A stretch of 64,000 bases of DNA from Phoronis australis (Eukaryota > Animalia > Phoronida). Location: the NCBI GenBank assembly GCA_002633005.1, contig NMRA01000620.1, forward strand, positions 158,999-222,998, in the 5' to 3' direction. The translations under genes and the position numbers were made by a program. Positions 37,900 through 51,000 of the stretch are shown here, piece by piece. Position 1 is the first letter of the stretch. Each line of letters opens with the position of its first letter. The notes under the pieces are model-generated. The model searched no databases and had not been told where the DNA came from. It worked only from the letters and a program-made list of their open reading frames with translations.

Positions 37900-38540
37900 A
37901 GGTTATCTCCAACCTTATTTAGTGGTCTCTATTCTAACTCGTATATCAAAAACACTAAGCTTTGTCAACTAGTAAAAGTATATATTTTCTGAAAGAAAAA
38001 ATTGGGGAATATGAAAATACTTTGTGTATTAATGTACCATTATTATTTTTACGTAAAAACCTTTTTAAGTCAAAATTTTATTTTTAAGAAAGGTACATTC
38101 ATAGCAAAATAACCCCTCGGTCGATTTCAATGAAACTTTTTTTAAATGAAAACTTCACCAGTTACCTCAAAAATGCTTTGAGGAATTTTCGATTAATCTT
38201 TTTGTCTGGTTTCTATGACAAATCAACTCGCAAAACGTAACGTTTCTTTGTAAAAAACGTAAGTCGTATTAGTCTTTGTTACATTACGCAAAAATAGGCC
38301 TTTATATCAAAAATCCTTAAAGCGTTTTTGAGACTAATGACAAAATATTAAATTTTGAAAGTTCCAGCGAAATCCACCTAGCCGTTTTTGAGAACTCGTG
38401 TTCCTAAATTCAAATAAAGTCAATTTGTCGAAGCAGAGAAAAAGCCGATTAAACTGGAACAAGTAAAAATCTGAAAATCTTCGGTTAATTGTTGGGTTTA
38501 AACTTGTTTTCGGAACACGTAACCTACATGTATACAAGCC
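37900..38540. mobile_element. TTAA-flanked MITE-like insertion
   Basis: Starts at TTAA|GG where alignment to gene 3 intron 1 breaks; CC|TTAA near 38540; imperfect internal inverted symmetry. Confidence 0.4.
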
Positions 38541-38970
38541 TTAAATATGTTCGCTATTTCAACATTCACTCTCAATGTCAACTGATTTTGCAGTGCGTAA
38601 TTAATTTAATTACCATTAAAACGTACCGTCCCCTAACTCTTACTGTTGTTCGCGATCTTTTGGCCTACTTTATATAAATAGGTCACAGTTCATTGTTTTT
38701 CACATAATCTGTACGCGTCACGTGCTGGGACACTGATACGAAACCAAATAAGAAATGGATTACAAAAATTGAATCGGTGGCTAAAGCATATGTCGTTAGC
38801 ATGAGCTTGAAACATTGAAATGTCAATTTATTAATTGAATGAATGAATTAGGGTGAGGATTTGTCTCTTTTCAAAACTTGCTGTGTTCATGACCACAGGG
38901 GCCTGAGGCGACCGTAGCATTCGTTCTCAACGCCAACGGTAATATGCATGTAGACGCACAACTCCCTTAA

Positions 38971-40691
38971 AGGAGAATGTCACCCAAAAACAACTTATTT
39001 TGTATCAATTTAGATCGAGTAGTTCTGCTCGATAACGGCAGGTTCGGTTGCGTTACCTGACACCTGACGGCAGACGGAGGTGTTGAAATTATCCAGTGAC
39101 GTAATTGGTTTCACAAGCAGTCTGTTCAGCAGTTCACAACGCGGGTTAGTGGTGTCAGCTTATCGCTTGATTCATCGTTTAACACCAATAAATCATCAAA
39201 TTTCGATGTAAAACCCTTAAAAATACACCTAATTCTTATAAAAACGTGTTGTTTTATTTCGCTGTTACGGATTTACTGGTATTTGGACACACTGTAGCCT
39301 ACAAAGTTCGGCAGGCCAATTTACCAAGGTCCGTAGCAGGAGTTTGGGGTCGGTTCGGAGATAAATTCGAAGTATTCTTCCGTGAAATACAGACAGAAGA
39401 ACCTAGATCTGTGTTGTTTATACTTGTGATTTTTTGAGTTCTAAATACACAAAACGCTTGTTATCCCGGCCAGTGGCTCGGAACCCGATCAGACCCGTTG
39501 CGGCCGCCGGGACTGGCACGAACAAAAACCAGCTTGAGTTGGAAACTAAACCTCCAGTCACGAAAAGACTATAATAGTGAACCAAATAAATAACATGCGC
39601 GCACCCAGGAGGGTCGGGGGGCTCGAATGAGCCCCCTATTTGACGAAGTTGGCAAAAAGGTCTGCCTCAGAGAAACAAAAAGTCCGAGAAAACGAGATAA
39701 AAGTCCACTTAAAAGGTGCAAAAGTACGATTTACAACACGTACAGATCCTATCGTGCTACTATTTTTTTAGTCGACCGNNNNNNNNNNNNNNNNNNNNNN
39801 NNNNNNNNNNNNNNNNNNNNNNNNNNNNNNNNNNNNNNNNNNNNNNNNNNNNNNNNNNNNNNNNNNNNNNNNNNNNNNNNNNNNNNNNNNNNNNNNNNNN
39901 NNNNNNNNNNNNNNNNNNNNNNNNNNNNNNNNNNNNNNNNNNNNNNNNNNNNNNNNNNNNNNNNNNNNNNNNNNNNNNNNNNNNNNNNNNNNNNNNNNNN
40001 NNNNNNNNNNNNNNNNNNNNNNNNNNNNNNNNNNNNNNNNNNNNNNNNNNNNNNNNNNNNNNNNNNNNNNNNNNNNNNNNNNNNNTGAAACAGAACGCTG
40101 AATAATAAACGTCTACATGGCAACTCGCCCGGCGCCAATCCCGACTTAGTCAAGAGCTCATCCGACGAAGACTTCACGGGTCGGATCGTTAGGTTTCACA
40201 GGCTATCAGTTCGAACCGGAATACACTGATCAAGAAATACTAGAGAGGCGCCGAGCACATGCATAGGCAACGGAACGTATGGATAGTTCTTAAGTTTGGT
40301 AATTCGTCTGAGAAATCATTGTCGACGAATTGCCGGCCACAGACACGGAGATGTTTCACGGCCTCATACTTGCTATTAACAGCATACCTTACACTGTTCA
40401 CTACTGCGAGCCCCTTCCTAAGCATTTCAGACTCTCGAGGAAGTCGAAAAAACGATATAACCGCTTTTTTCGCAGCTTCATAGTTCGGACAAGCGGGAAT
40501 CGATGCACCGCAATATAATGACAATCACTCTAAAGACGAACCACTGACGTCGCTGCGTCGTTTCTCACCTTCCTCACAGGTTAACGCGACACCTCTTGGC
40601 AAGGTGAGTTCGTCCGTATAAGAGGCGATGTGGGTATAGACCGATTAAGACGTTAAAAAAGAAGACTAATTAAATCGGGTGGCATTCTCCT
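38971..40691 (-). mobile_element. Kolobok-like element with 15-bp TIRs and TTAA TSD; contains a nested hAT-like MITE and a gap
   Basis: TTAA|AGGAGAATGTCACCC ... GGGTGGCATTCTCCT|TTAA; THAP remnant on minus (40240-40524); GYQFEPEYTDQEILERRR on plus (40201-40254). Confidence 0.88.
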
Positions 40692-40723
40692 TTAAGATCA
40701 AAAATACGTTTTGTTTTTGTTTT

Positions 40724-41588
40724 CCCCCGGCACCATTTTACCACCTCGTTGACTCAATGTTATGGCGATTTTGTGAATGAAAGGACTGAGGGTATACGAA
40801 GCTGTTCTGTACCTGGCGGGAGATTCGATTTGATTGAAATCCCTTTAACCTTTGACCTCGGATAAGTAGTAAACAAATATCCTCGCGGTTGTGCACTTCC
40901 AAGGTGGTTCTGTTAAATCTTTTTTTTCTCGCAACTCAGTATATATTTTGCATTTGAAGTTACCCGAGAATGAAGATAAGGTATTTTTCTAGACACAAGT
41001 GAAATATTGTAAAAATGGCTATTTTTGTGAATGAAGTTTGAGATAATCTTAACAACGATAAATCGGCATGTTCCTGAGATAATGAAAAGAACAGTCCAGA
41101 GATTGTTATGAGCTGTTTTATTGTTCCATGGCCCAAAACAGGGCCCGTGAACACATCATGTAAACAGTCAAATTAATTCCCCTCTCACTCTTTCTCTCTC
41201 AATCTTGCTCTTGCTCTGGCTCATACAAAACTGTGTGAACTCTTACAGCACCTAAAAATGAACAACAATAGCGTAATCCCACAGTAATACATAGCCTATG
41301 AAATTCACAGTATGAACTACATTACGCCACTCAAGAAAATACGGCTCTCTAGGTCACAAAAGGGCTGACGTGACCGCACCCAATTAATTAGGCATCTATT
41401 GCAAAACACATGACATAGATTGCTGACATAGGACACCGCTTACAACTGTCAAAACTACAGCATATTCATATTTAGCAGCTCAGTTACAATATAGATACAT
41501 ACAACTGGTAAAGCTGTAATTAACATGTCATATTGTAGAGAAAGTATTTTCCTTAAGTAAGACTGTAATAAGTCCAGGTATTTCCACA
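40724..41588 (-). mobile_element. Possible truncated LTR element (LTR plus PBS-like TGGTGCCG)
   Basis: Minus strand starts TGTGGAA at 41588, where homology to gene 3 intron resumes; AATAAA near 41120; TGGTGCCGGG near 40735. The 3' CA terminus is not clean. Confidence 0.35.
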
Positions 41589-42137
41589 CTCTAGTTCACT
41601 TTTGATAGTACCAACTGATATTTAGTCGAATTACTAATTAATTAAAGAAGGCCAATTTTGTACGTTACAGTCAATTTATCTATGGCGAAATTCTGAAATG
41701 AATAAGTCTACATCACCCGGTCCGTATGATCATACCTGTCCAAATGCGAAGGTATACACCTGTACAGTAGCATTCTTACAGGATATGTCCAGTTGTGTGA
41801 ACTAGAAATACTTTATTTTCTCATACAATGGAAGTAATCACGCAATTTTCTCCTACGGCTCAGGGACCACTGACTATAAGGGAATTCCAAATCATGTCCT
41901 GTTCAGTTTGTTATTCATAAACCGAAGCGTTTCCTATTTATATCAGCTTATATGCCAGCATAGTGCGAGCAGAAACGAAGATGCAGCGCCACCTAATGTA
42001 TTCTATTTCAGTTAATGTCTTGACTCGGGTCATCGTATTTCAGACAGCTGATGGCACATATTCTCTGAGGCCCAAAATCAAGTATTCAGACCTCCTATTG
42101 CTCCTATTTTATTCGTTCGGTATCTCTAATATTTCAG

Positions 42138-42420
42138 AGCATGGCCTTGATAACAATAGGATCCGCATTACCTGACCTTTTGCAAATCACCAACTCGGCG
42201 ACATCTCAAGCTTCAACTGTTCTTCTTCTGTGGTCTCTAGGGTTGCTTATTGGAACTGTGTCTTCGAAATTTTTCTTGGCTATGGACAACACCCTTCTGA
42301 TGACATTGAGTTTGGTCCTGTTAGGAATCACTACCGTTGTGATACCGCTACCTTCTTCAATATATCTCATGGTAGCAATAATTGCAGCCCACGCTTTCGT
42401 TGCTGGGATATCGGGCGTAG
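42138..42420 (+). CDS. MFSD4-like MFS transporter gene 2, coding exon 2
   Basis: TTTCAG acceptor; 283 nt, same length and phase as gene 1 exon 2; GTAAGT donor at 42421. Confidence 0.9.
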
Positions 42421-43597
42421 GTAAGTTAAACAAAATCACTTAGGTTACATATACGCTTACCGTATTCACTCGGGCCGATGGCAAGAGCGTATTAAATGAA
42501 TAATAAAGCCAGCTGAGAATTTGGCGCACGTTAAAAGGACGATGGATGTGAAGAACGGGGTTGAGAATATACACCCAATTTGATTCATCACTAACGCTTT
42601 ATTTGACCTTGAATATCAAAGGTTGAAGTGAATGTCTCAATGATTGTACAGCGAGTACATCGAATAATGGATAAAAATGATTGAGTTTTACGCGAAACAT
42701 AAATTTCCACTTTTCGTGCACGCGTATAGCGTGTAATGGGAGTACTGTGGAACCAAAGTTTACTTAATTATATTCTGCATATATGTACGTAATGATAAAA
42801 CCGTGCGATATCTCTGATATTGAGCGGTAACTACTTCCGTTAATCCTCCAATGAAAGTCGGGAAAGCTTTCGTAGTCACCTCGCTGCGCTTTCAATATTC
42901 TGCATTGTGTAGATATCGCCTTACATTATGAGTAATAATTAGCGAGTGGGTGTTAGTGTTGTGGAAACAAGTCTTTATTATTTCTCACTGTCAAATTATT
43001 CCGAAGTAAATTAACATGGGGATATTCATCGGCATTGGTGAAAGCATACTACGCAACTCCTTTCTGTGGTATGTTGGTTCTGCAGGATCCGTTTCGCTCC
43101 CAGGGAAGACCTGGACGGAGCATCTGCGGAGGTTGAAGTGTTAATAGCATCACTGATCATTTGACAAAAGTAACATTTGTTAATGGTTAAGACTATAGGA
43201 TCTGCCGTAACAATCCAATGTGTTAAGCACGGTCCCAAGCAGCAGTGAACATTCACTTGCTTCCAATCCGAGAACTCACAAGTTGCATTGAGCACAAGTT
43301 GGGTCTGATTCATAAGTAATCCCAATCAAAATGTTTCAACTTAAGAAAATGTTTACTGAGAGCGGATTTGCAGCAGATGTGACGGTCACGTGATTGGTTA
43401 CAAAATGCGACGAAGACCACATTGGGTGTGTTTACTTTAACTGAATGAGTAGTTGGTGATGATGGTTACGGTAGTTATCGACACTCAGTGGATCAGTCTA
43501 TAACATCACGTGAGATCTTGAGAGCGTAGGCTAACATCACACTCACTGAACACAACCAAATGTATAACCTAATTTTGAGTACTTTTATCTTTTGCAG

Positions 43598-44589
43598 GAA
43601 TTTTGGTTATTTTAGTGGAAGTTGGTGAAAGACATCGAGCACAGCTCTTACAAGCAGACAACGCCCTCAAGTTTTTAGGATCCTTAACTGGAGCATTGAT
43701 TGTGCGGCCATTCCAGTCAAAAGAAATTGGCAGAACCCAGTCGTGGAATGAGACGTCTATGTCTTATTTTCCCAACGATAACTTGACTTCTCTATGTACG
43801 CTTAACTGTAGTCTGTCAGGTTCACGTCACTGGACTGAGTCTCATATTCTTTACGGATACTTAATACTTGGCTGTGCGTGTTTTGTACCTGCTCTCTGTT
43901 TTTTCATTTCATATTTCCTGAGAAAACCCAAAGATGAGGACATCGTCACAGTTACAGCAGAAGAGTCAAGACCATCAAAACAATTATCCCATAATCAAAA
44001 AGTTGTCGCAATGGCTGTTTTGGTATTTGTCGTATCCTTATGTTTCAACACGTCTCAGAAATCGTACTTAGATCTTTTCACTACGTTTTGCGTTGAGTCC
44101 AAGGCAGATGTTACTAAGTCAGAAGCAGTCCTTATGATGTCAGTCTGCTATGGTGCGTATACATTTGGATGTGTTAACGCTGTTTGGATTTCTAAATTGA
44201 TAGATTCGTTTGTAATAATTGTTGTCAACGTAACCGTTCTGGCAGTTGTTTTTTTGGTGCTGTGTTTTGCTGCCGAACGAAGCACGTCTCTCCTCTGGTT
44301 TTCAACAGTGTGCATAGGTCTTTGCTGTTGCTCCGTGCTTCCTTCCTTTATCAGTTTTTCTCTAGCGTATATAGCGGATGACTCAGTCATGGTTAACATT
44401 TGTGTAGCAGGCCAGATAGCTGGAACCATGGTGTTGCCACCTATAATACCGCTCACGTTTGATACAATCGGACCTATGGCACTGATGTACTTTTGTTTTG
44501 GCGGCATGTTTATTGCGCTGTTGCTCTTAATCCCGCTGTATCTTTTGACGAAATGTTCAGCACAGGTCAAGGAATCAATGGACGAATAA
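43598..44589 (+). CDS. MFSD4-like MFS transporter gene 2, coding exon 3 (spliced protein ~465 aa)
   Basis: TTGCAG acceptor; open frame to TAA at 44587-44589; collinear with gene 1 exon 3. Confidence 0.92.
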
Positions 44590-44750
44590 AAGGTCACAAT
44601 CTTGGATAGAAGTAAACAGAGAGGAGTTATGTAGCGGGTTACGTTTTGGTATGTGTGTCCAAAGACTTGAATATACGATGTTATGAATGCAACATCTTAT
44701 ACAGAAATTCATTTTTATGAACTTTGGAAATTGTTTAGTTGAAATTTTCT

Positions 44751-45641
44751 TGTCAGAATAAGTATTGATTAAGTAATTAGTAAGAATAGATCCATTTTAA
44801 GTTGCCCAAAATTTGTGCATATGTACTTTTGAATCATGGGGTCAGACTTGCTGACTTGTATTTTAACGTAAAAATCTATTTTTAGACGGTGTTTAAAAGT
44901 TTGGGTTCTGGGGTCAAAGTACTCTAGAGATTCTAGAATATTCTGAGAACAAATTGTAACAGCCAATTTATACGAGTAGATATGATCATGTGGTTATTAT
45001 TAGCCAATCACTAAATAAGTAGAATGGTATATTATGGGCTGAAATCAACAAGATAATTAGATGCGCTATAGTAGTTGAAGCATAAAGATCGACTTGCTAC
45101 AGTATACAGAAGCAATTGTACGACAGAGCCATCTCGTGGAAGATTCTAGAAAGGATCTTGGCAATGGCAAGGGTTAACGAACAGGAAGTTAACTAAGAGC
45201 TTCTCACTTGCATCGTGGGTAGTAAGATACTACCTGAAGTGTTGCGTCATCAGCCAGAGACTGAGACCAGCAAGAAGAATCGCGGGTAGAAGAAATTGCC
45301 TGCAAGTGTTGCATGTGACCAGCAAGTACACTGTCGCTATACAGTGTGTGTGTAGTTGGAAGATTCACCAACAGGACAGACATCCAACAAGTGGAGAGTC
45401 CTAGCTTGGATAGCAGATACGACATTTGATCGTTTTGGTTGTTTGATTAAAGTAATCTTTAAAGAGGGCGCTAGCGTAGTTACTCTTTGTAGTTGATTAC
45501 TTAATTAACAATAAGTTTCATTTGTCTAATTAGGGGTTGTCATATAATATTAATTACTGGATTTGATTATTCACTCTCCATCTACGCACAATCTCAAAGC
45601 ATAGCTACCTTTTAAACAATCCCACAGTCTATCGTCTGACA
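44751..45641. mobile_element. Solo LTR (891 bp), inverted relative to 32758-33653, just downstream of the gene 2 stop
   Basis: TGTCAGA...TCTGACA with 5-bp TSD TTTCT on both sides. Confidence 0.92.
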
Positions 45642-46170
45642 TTTCTGTTTAGCTGAAAAACGTAGAATTGGAATTTTACTCGCCTCTTAATAGCCCTTAC
45701 AGTAACGGGATTCCGTTTCTTTTTCCAACTCGGCTCTCAGAGAATGCCTACATGTCGCCATAGGGAAATTTCAGGGTTAGCCAACCATAAGCATTTTCTT
45801 GTTTGCATCTTAAATAATATCACTTTAAGGAAAATGGTGATGTGATGTGATTAAAAAGATGCGAAATTCAGCTTGAATATTTTGCATTGCGATACTTTCT
45901 GGTTTTTTTTTTATTTTACCTTTAACCTATTGAGTTGGTCGAGCAATGTCAGTCTCTACATGTAAACTTGCACAGGTACTGTTTCTCTCATGCAAATCGT
46001 AGGAGGTGATTGTCTTTCCACCATTGATTACCTGGTTTCCGTGACAAGTCTGACCCTTCGCTAATTATGTCATCACTCGACTAGGAAAGTGACGAATCGT
46101 GTTCCATATTACAAGTAATTATTCCAATTTTAGCCGATGTGGCTGGCCACCATTCAAGTGTGGACTTTAG

Positions 46171-46660
46171 GGCCTTTCATACTAACGTCGACGCGTCGAT
46201 GGTTTGGGGAGTTGCGGTCAGTATGAACGCTTAACTCCGGTCCTGGATCGCAGTTAGCTCCAGTTAACATCGCAGTTAACGGATGGATTTAAGACAGCAG
46301 CGTCAACACTGCGGTGCAGTATGAACGCTTAACTCCGGTCCAATCGAAGTTATCGCCAGGTGCCACTGTTATCCTCAACAGTTACAAGGTAGTGCCGACG
46401 TCACTATTAGCTGCTTATATTTTGCTCTAATAATAACCAATCGATTTAAAAATAAGTTTAATGTCACTTAGCACATGTAAATATTTCCAAATTGAAACAG
46501 TGAAAAAAAATTCTTAGCCTGCAACGCTACCTTGCGATAACTTCGATGACGACAGCGGCACCAACCGCTTACTTCGAAGTTCATTAACTACCGGAGCCAG
46601 TATGAACGGTCCAGTTAACTGCGCTGTTTACGTCGACGCTCCGCTCAGATCGGAGTTAAA
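46171..46660. mobile_element. PIF/Harbinger-like MITE remnant
   Basis: Begins TTA|GGGCCTTTCATACT; internal repeats of CAGTATGAACG(CTTAACTCCGGTCC) at ~46220, ~46317 and ~46598. Confidence 0.55.
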
Positions 46661-46683
46661 GTCCTTGTCTCACGCGTTGTTAA

Positions 46684-47230
46684 CCCTTATTACATGGTTA
46701 GAAGATGTTATAAGGATCCAAGAAGTACCTACCCCATAACTAATACACGATCCGTACTCGAAAACAGTTTAAATGAACGCGCCACTCACGATTCGCACCC
46801 GAAGAAACACTGCCATTTTGAACTTGCCGCGAACCCGGAAGTACAATTCATTCAGGAACCCAGGCCGAGAAAACGCCGTCAGTGCGACTGGAGCAGTGCC
46901 TGTACTGTTACCAGCCAGCAAAGGGGATAAAAAAAATCGACAGCGCGCCTTAATTTTGATAAAATCAAACTACGGACAATTTTATGGAATTTGCTGAAGA
47001 AATGTGGCGAATAAATTTTGACAGAAATTATTTTGCTAGACTCGGGACCGCAGCCTAGTATCGGACCCGGTGCGGATCGAGACCAGACACTGGCGAACGG
47101 TAAATGCATGCGGTTGCAAGCTGTTTTGTCGAAGTAAAATGGTCAAATGATAAATGCTGCATATATTCAAGGGTAGTTTCAGACACTTGCATGAAATTAC
47201 GGGCTGGTTAGTCCTGTGTCACACTGCCGC
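46684..47230 (+). mobile_element. piggyBac-like (TTAA|CCCTT) non-autonomous element end; second copy at ~51475-51940
   Basis: Shared blocks CGCGCCACTCA.GATTC, CCATTTTGAACT..CCGCGAA, TTCATTCAGGAACCCAG, TAGTTTCAGACACTTGCAT. Confidence 0.5.
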
Positions 47231-48019
47231 GGCAGACCTTAGTTAGCCTCAGTCACCAGCTACNNNNNNNNNNNNNNNNNNNNNNNNNNNNNNNNNNNNN
47301 NNNNNNNNNNNNNNNNNNNNNNNNNNNNNNNNNNNNTTCGACCCATATTGGTTCCTAGGTTCGACCCGCCTACGTAAGGAACTAAACACCAATGCTATTT
47401 TAACATACTAAGTACGCGTAACATTCCAAAAAAATCAACGACCACTAACTACAAACTATAAATACACTACATATGCAAACGAATCACGATATATTACTAA
47501 TAAAACAAAATAATGAAGACTTTTCGAGCAAGCCATAGCACATTCAGTTACAAGGAAAAAATGGCGGCGTTCAGGACAAGTTCCTGAACTGATGAGCCGG
47601 AAATGTGGGTACGGAAATAACCGATGACAACCGGTAATCATACGCTCAGAGAGAAGGGTCAAATACTGTTAAAAAATCGCTTTTGGCAAGAAAGGCGAAA
47701 AGAATATAAAGAAAGGGTGTCAAAAATAAGAATTGATGTAGTAAGTATTTTCGGATACTAGAACCACATGGGCAGTTTGCAACAAGGACTTTAAGTCAAT
47801 ATAAAAGGGCCTTATAACATTGTTTGGTGGCCGCGGCCTTTGGATGTTTATTGGTACGAAGAAAAGAGCTGATAATTTTGCCCGTTTGCTGTCTTTTGAG
47901 GTTTTGGTTGCTTAATAAAGAATCACACGAGCACTGATTATGGTTATAAATAACCCACTCTCTTTGATGACGGCATTGGCGCGTCCAACAGTACAGAAAG
48001 CTTAGTATATGACCGTAGT

Positions 48020-51000
48020 GTTTTAGTTGGGTAAAGGTCGAGGTGATTTATTCAAACATCCGCACTTTCCATTATCACAGTGACACTCAGTAACCGATGG
48101 GTCTTTGCGCAAAGCCTTTTGGGATGCCACCGACAACTGAATCAGATTAGCTTCATTTGCAATATTCGTCGACCAATCAAAGTTTTTTAATACTGCACAT
48201 TTCCCTGTGATGCATTTCATGGAGTTTGAGCATACCAACTTGCTAAAATCGCAGTGTGACTGTGATGTAGTAACATAGCTTCTGAAATCTTATTTTGTCA
48301 CCGCAATGGCACTCGAAAGTCGAAATGATGTTTTTAGTTTTCAATTTTGAATATATTTTTGGAGAAACTATTGAATAATCTAAAATTAACTAAACATTGA
48401 CCGCGATAACAACGTGTTGACTGTTTCGATTATGTTGAAATTCTCCACAGACAGGTTGCATGAGTTTCACCGATGAAAGTCAAATAACAAAGTCAGTATA
48501 ATATAAGTTAAATTTTGTTATTGAAATTTTAACAAGCAAATGCAGGAAACAACTGATGAGTACTTGAAGATGCTTTAACTCAAAGCTTGAGGCTACTGAC
48601 AACGGTCTCAGAAAATTTGTAAAGTTGTCCGGGTTTGCTGTCCGATTCCCGGGGTACCTACTTTTAAAGTCGAAGTTTGTGTTTTTCGGGCTCGTTAGCT
48701 GTTTTGAGGGTGTGAAAGTCTCTTTTCGACTTCGGGATATCTGTTGAACTCAGGAGTTCCTGTTTCGATGGAATACTCTGAATACTGGAAAGCATACCAT
48801 AGTTTTGCAGTATCCAATAACTTCGTTATGAACAGGACAAAAAGTCATTGTAATCAAAAAATCTACATGACCCGTCACAGAATTAGCTGAAATTTTACCA
48901 GTGGATTCACATTCACCTCAAACGACACCAATCACTACAATACACTCATTGATCTATCCGTCTATTTCTTCTACGTACCCCTGATTTTTTTCCTTAAAAC
49001 AATTGCAAACACTTCAACTTAAATGACTTATTTCGTTAAAGCAATAATCCCTGTAGATTACGGTCTGATATTAGATAATGTGTTGGCAAGTAAAATATTC
49101 ATCCCTCATTCCAAAAACATATTTTTATAATTTTCAAAGAAATGAAACTACCTATTTTGTGGGGCAATCGTTTTGTTGTACCACCTAATTTAAGTACTAA
49201 ATTATTGGTAAGAATATAGCAAGCTGTAACAACATGACTCTTGAAATTTGTAGACGATTAATAAAATTAGCTAATAAAGGTCCGAAATCTGGTCTTTTTC
49301 GATTTCATGCATTTCAACTGAAAACGCACATTTTTTGGTTGTCAAGTGTCATGTACCGGCTGTAACTGCTCAATAATATAAAGTCCAAACAATGAATGGA
49401 GGTTTTTAAATGGCAGTAGAAACATTATTGAGAGAGCAAAATTTGCTTGTTTGCAGCTCCTTTGCTGTCAGACTGGTTGATTGTATCAGCGTTATCATCA
49501 CGCTTTTAATTCAGTGGGTACATGTATTTTCAGAAGTGACACATTGTGGAGATACAGTAGTAGAACTTCCTGTTCGTGGAAATATCGCTGTTGTACAGTG
49601 TGCAGTTTTAAAAGGTATTTTACATGGAAATGTTCAAATGAAGAGGTTTTTTTCAAAAGTGGCAAGCAGCACTTGAATACAGCAGTATGTACAATGTACC
49701 TGCAATGTGAGTGAGCCAGTTTCTGAATACGAACTCACCCTGGCCAGAGTTGGCGTGTTTGGTATATTGCTCGGTGCACGTTTCATTTCCCTGGTTGAAT
49801 GAAATGCTTCCTAGGGCATTGATAGACATGCGTGTGATCTCTAGTAAAAGAAACTGCAATTGGTGACATTGCAAGACAATGGTTGTCTGCCCCAAATGCA
49901 TTTGGAGCATCAACACTTTCATCGGCTTCTTATGAGAGAACGTCTAATGAAACTGAGGCTACGTTGGCGCTACACAAAGGCAAACGGAGCTCGAGATTTC
50001 CTTATGACTTGAAAGCGTTCTTGACGGAAAGGTTGCAGCTACCTTTTTTTTGCAAAATCAGCTTAAACACGAGGCCTGTGTCAGAAAACAACCAAAGGTG
50101 ACTTCCTTGTAGTTTATGTCTAGGGAAGACCAAGCACTTGTAAAGTTTCAGGAAAATCTGTGGCCGTTGATGAACAACCACCCGTAGGTGCTCTCATAAA
50201 TTGCTTCTTAAGCATTCCCTGGAGTACAAGTAAGCCTCCACGAAGTCAAAAAGTAGACCAGATTCAATACATGTCCATGAGAATCGTGAAAAAGCCACAC
50301 ATTTTATGTATGTACTAAACTAGCCCGAATACTAACAAATCACATTCGTTCCATATTTACACAAGCTATGCGATATCCTTTATTCATTCTCATTGGAAAT
50401 GGTCAGAATCAGCCCTTTGAAATTTCGCAAAATTTGAAGGTATTCTTAGAGCTGCATTTTAAAACGTAATGGGTTTCGGTTAAGTATCGCTTTTAGGAAC
50501 TAAATAATAGGAGTTATTTTGCGGATTTTTTATGTTCAGTTTATTTAACTAAGTAAACTAAGTGTAATGGGTTTCAATAGTTTTTCTCTGAATCATTGCG
50601 CATGTTTCGAAAAGATGACTTCTTAACGAAATGATTCTACAGGACACGTAAAAAGAATGAGTTTTACCGCCATGTTTACCCTATTCTTTTTAGGGAGATG
50701 ATTTTCAATGCACTGTTCATGAAATGGGTGATCGTTACTTGTTCTGCTGGACAGTATTTTCCTAATATGTAAATCCTCGTGTTATCTAAATGATCGTATA
50801 CTGCAGATGAAATTCATTCCCCAGCAAGCATAAAACCATCAACATGTACACGACGCAAGAGATCGATTCGTCTCGTAATTGCATGCTGAACGCATGGGAT
50901 GTGCCTTTTATTCAATGTCGTAATAACACCGTTCAGTCAGCTACACGATACGTTCGGATTGTTCTAAAACCCACCCCAACACCCCACGACCACGTCGACC

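Noticed and set aside
39627-40177. ORFs of 129-153 aa
   Set aside because: Artefacts of translating through the N gap.
48023-48281. Secreted cystine-knot or toxin-like peptide exon
   Set aside because: No signal peptide found, the paralog lacks several cysteines, and upstream motifs fit a transposase zinc-binding region better.
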